Both the position numbers and the translations under genes were made by a program. Shown one piece after another: positions 36,253-39,038 of a stretch of 39,038 bases of DNA (position 1 is the first letter of the stretch; the number at the start of each line of letters is the position of its first letter). The DNA comes from Octopus bimaculoides (taxonomy: Eukaryota). Under the pieces are notes generated by a model, which saw nothing but the letters and a program-made list of their open reading frames with translations, ran no database searches and had not been told where the DNA came from. The DNA is taken from the NCBI RefSeq assembly GCF_001194135.2, contig NC_068998.1:41641970-41681007 (forward strand), written 5' to 3'.

Positions 36253-36577
36253 ACAAATAAATTGAATTTTTTAATCAGTGGGACACGTTAATATAATTTT
36301 ACTTAAATGCTCCGACTGATTAAAAAATTCGATTTATTTATTTATGCAGCTGAGGACAGCCGTACATTTAAATTGATGTAATGATTGCATTGTCCAATTA
36401 AAGGGAGCCCCTTGAAACGGTCGGACTGCATCACCTCTGGATATCCTGTTGCTTATTTCGATATATATANNNNNNNNNNATATACGTATATGCGTGTATA
36501 TATATACATATGTGTGTGTATGTTTACATATAACAAATGAAAGAGACGGAGAATTGGATATACAGGAAACTGTATTG

Positions 36578-36622
36578 CTCACAACGATCGTTTCGATACA
36601 TACTGTATCAATCCCTTGTGGG
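36578..36622 (-). ncRNA. Decayed hammerhead-like motif
   Basis: Minus strand cccac aagggatt GATAC agtat GTATC GAAA CGATCG TT gtgag. Stem II, GAAA and palindromic stem III (ACGATCGT) are intact, but CUGANGA is lost. Confidence 0.35.
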
Positions 36623-36984
36623 TGGAAAATTATGCAATTAGTTGTAGCGCATTCATCTGTCAGAAGAATCTCGTAACGCGATGTAATACGGAGTATCTTG
36701 TTAAACAAACTTTGCTTCACTCGGATTTAGCACAGCATTTTATTAGTGACGATGGGCAAAAATACCAAGAGAGAGTTTCGTTGTGAAGTTATAGATACAG
36801 ACAGGGTGTAAATAAGAAATATTTCAAAAATAAAAATAATAAAGAACATATAACATAATAAAGTATAAAGTAATTTCTGTCGGTGTCCCGATATAACTAC
36901 TACCTTACCTACACTTGCGGCCCTTTGTATACTCACACAGACACACATACACACATCACAACTATGTGTTTAATATTAACCTTG

Positions 36985-37340
36985 TGGATTACATTGACCT
37001 TGATACTCAACTGATTTTATCGATCACGAAATGATGAAAGGCAAGGTCGACCAAGGCAACATTTGAACTCAGAACGTAAAAAGGGAAGAAATATCGCCAC
37101 AAATTTTTTTCCAGCGCGGTAACAATTATGCTGGCTTGTCACATTATTATTAGTAATAGCTGCAAATTCTGGCACAAGGCCCGCAATTTCGATGGATCTG
37201 ATGAGTTGATGACATAAACCGATGTACTCGACCGAAACACATTTTATCGACTCTGAAAGGAAGAAAGGCAAAATCGAACTCGACAGAATTTGAACTCAGA
37301 ACGTAAAGATGTACGAAATGCCGCTAACATTTAGTCCGGT
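36985..37340 (-). mobile_element. Two head-to-tail SINE family B copies (36985-37135, 37165-37340)
   Basis: Both contain ttttatcga...gaaaggcaa...tttgaactcagaacgtaaa; the second has the ggcacaaggcccgcaatttc tail. Confidence 0.8.
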
Positions 37341-38075
37341 ATAAAAAATATGTACATAATGGCCATTATTAAAAGCAGCTTTTTCTTTCAATGATAAATT
37401 TCATACACCGAACACAAAAGAACTGGAAATAATTTGGAAATTAAAAGAATCTCTATAATCAAAAAGTACAAAACTCTAGAAGTATAGCACACACATCCGT
37501 TTTTTTTGTGATTTGGAATTAGAAAATATGAAGGAAAAACCAAACATCGATATTTTGAAGTCACTAATTTGAAATAAACAGAGGATCAAAACTTTTCTCG
37601 TATCACAGATGCCTTGAAAATAATTAGAGATGTATATGCATCGAACTATAAATATATTCAAATATAATTAGATAAAAAAAACATTCCAAAATTTTAGCGT
37701 ATACAGTATAAACAAATATCCACATATACAAACATATACACATACAAAATTATAGAATAATAATAACGATTCTAGAGAGAATCTGACGAATACGGATTTT
37801 TTGCAATGATGTAAATGTACTCATTCATCTATTATTCATTTGCTCATATACAATATTGTGAATATATACATCAGCATGAGTCAAAATAAATAGATTAGTA
37901 AATTAGTCTATTTTTCACCCTTTTGGTTACTGACCTAAGAAGGATTTTCCAACGTTCGTTGCAAAGAGATCAGTATTAGCTAGTATTTCAAACTGATCCT
38001 CAAGGTGATATTTCGATCTCTTTAATTTCAGCGAGATAATTGCAGAGCTCTTATTATTTATTCAAAAGTTCAATA

Positions 38076-38310
38076 ACATCATCGTCATCATCATCATCAT
38101 CAACATCATCATCATCATCATCATTATCGTCGTCGTCGTCGTCGTCGTCGTCGTCATCATCATCATTATCATCATCATTATCATCGTCGTCGTGGTCGTC
38201 GTCGTTAACCCCTCCTCTTCTTACTCCTCTTGCTTGTCTCCCTGCTACTCCTCTCATTATCATTCTAGTCATCGTCATCATCAACAACATCAAGATCATC
38301 GTCATTATCA
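38076..38310. repeat. Compound (CAT/CGT)n tract
   Basis: Direct read. Confidence 0.85.
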
Positions 38311-38353
38311 CCCGTTTTTCTTGAAACGTGCCATCTCATTCACNNNNNNNNNN

Positions 38354-38394
<41 letters not shown>

Positions 38395-38755
38395 CACACA
38401 GACTCACACATGCACTTTACAATGGCTTACATATATGCTCACACTGAACACATACACAAAGAAGAAATATCCCTTCCCACATCAGCAATTAACACATGCA
38501 CCCAGCAGTATAATGAACTCGTTAGAATAATACAATTAATTAAAAACGGATTATTGCCCGCCATCACACGAAGAAGAATCATACATCTATAAAAAGCGAC
38601 AGGCTGTGGACTTTTAATAACAACATCACTAACGACAATAGTTACAGCATAGCAGCAACAGTAGAGATCGAACGTAATTGCAGGTTCTATATTTACATAG
38701 TGCATGCCTATACATGTCAATAAATAACAACTACATACACGCTCAATCACACAAA

Positions 38756-38788
<33 letters not shown>

Positions 38789-38789
38789 T

Positions 38790-38991
38790 ACGGAGATGTA
38801 CTTGCATAGCAAGTGACCTGATCTGAGATCGTGTGCTGGAACGAAAACAATTTCAGCGTGGAAGGTGTTTATAAGCCATTTAAAATAACACACAAAAGCC
38901 TTCAGATTCACTTCAACATTTAAATTTAATTTGTCATAATATTTTCGTCGCTTTGAGACTGCGACCTGTTCACTGACAAAATTGTGCTGCA
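38790..38991 (-). mobile_element. ~200-bp non-coding element embedded in (TA)n/(CT)n, carrying a hammerhead fold
   Basis: Sharp boundaries against microsatellite on both sides; no ORF of note; contains the 38930-38980 motif. Confidence 0.55.
38930..38980 (-). ncRNA. Type I hammerhead ribozyme with G3:C8 compensatory core (GUGAACA) and 1-nt insertion
   Basis: Minus strand tttgtca GTGAACA G GTCGC agtctcaaa GCGAC GAAA ATAT TA tgacaaa. Perfect 7-bp stem I, perfect 5-bp stem II, AATATT palindrome as stem III, UUA triplet. Confidence 0.7.
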
Positions 38992-39023
<32 letters not shown>

Positions 39024-39038
39024 AATATATATATATAT

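Noticed and set aside
36388-36427. gtcc...aaggg agc ccctt GAAA cg gtc ggac, hammerhead-like 3' half
   Set aside because: Only 5 nt (AATTA) lie where a 7-nt core is required; too decayed to call.

Overview
AT-rich, microsatellite-dense animal genomic DNA from a gappy draft assembly (eight large N gaps plus several ~10-nt gaps). The SINE families and repeat content look like Octopus/cephalopod DNA; this is an inference from recognised repeats, not a database result. I found no host protein-coding exon, rRNA, tRNA gene or CRISPR array, and almost all ORFs in the supplied track are artefacts of microsatellites or N runs. The window is a transposon graveyard: two tRNA-derived SINE families in many copies, four RTE-type LINE 3' ends, two decayed R4/Dong-type (RLE) LINE relics, Penelope-like RT/GIY-YIG relics, a rearranged mariner and a MITE with nested inverted repeats. 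The one near-intact coding unit is a ~1.8-kb gag-like (CCHC knuckle) ORF1-only element with no ORF2. The most interesting signal is a set of type I hammerhead-ribozyme folds in short elements next to microsatellites: a canonical-core copy (3382-3443, +), one with a compensatory G3:C8 core swap (38930-38980, -), one with a U4A core (485-533, -), and a decayed copy (36578-36622, -). All folds were made by eye and none has been tested for cleavage.
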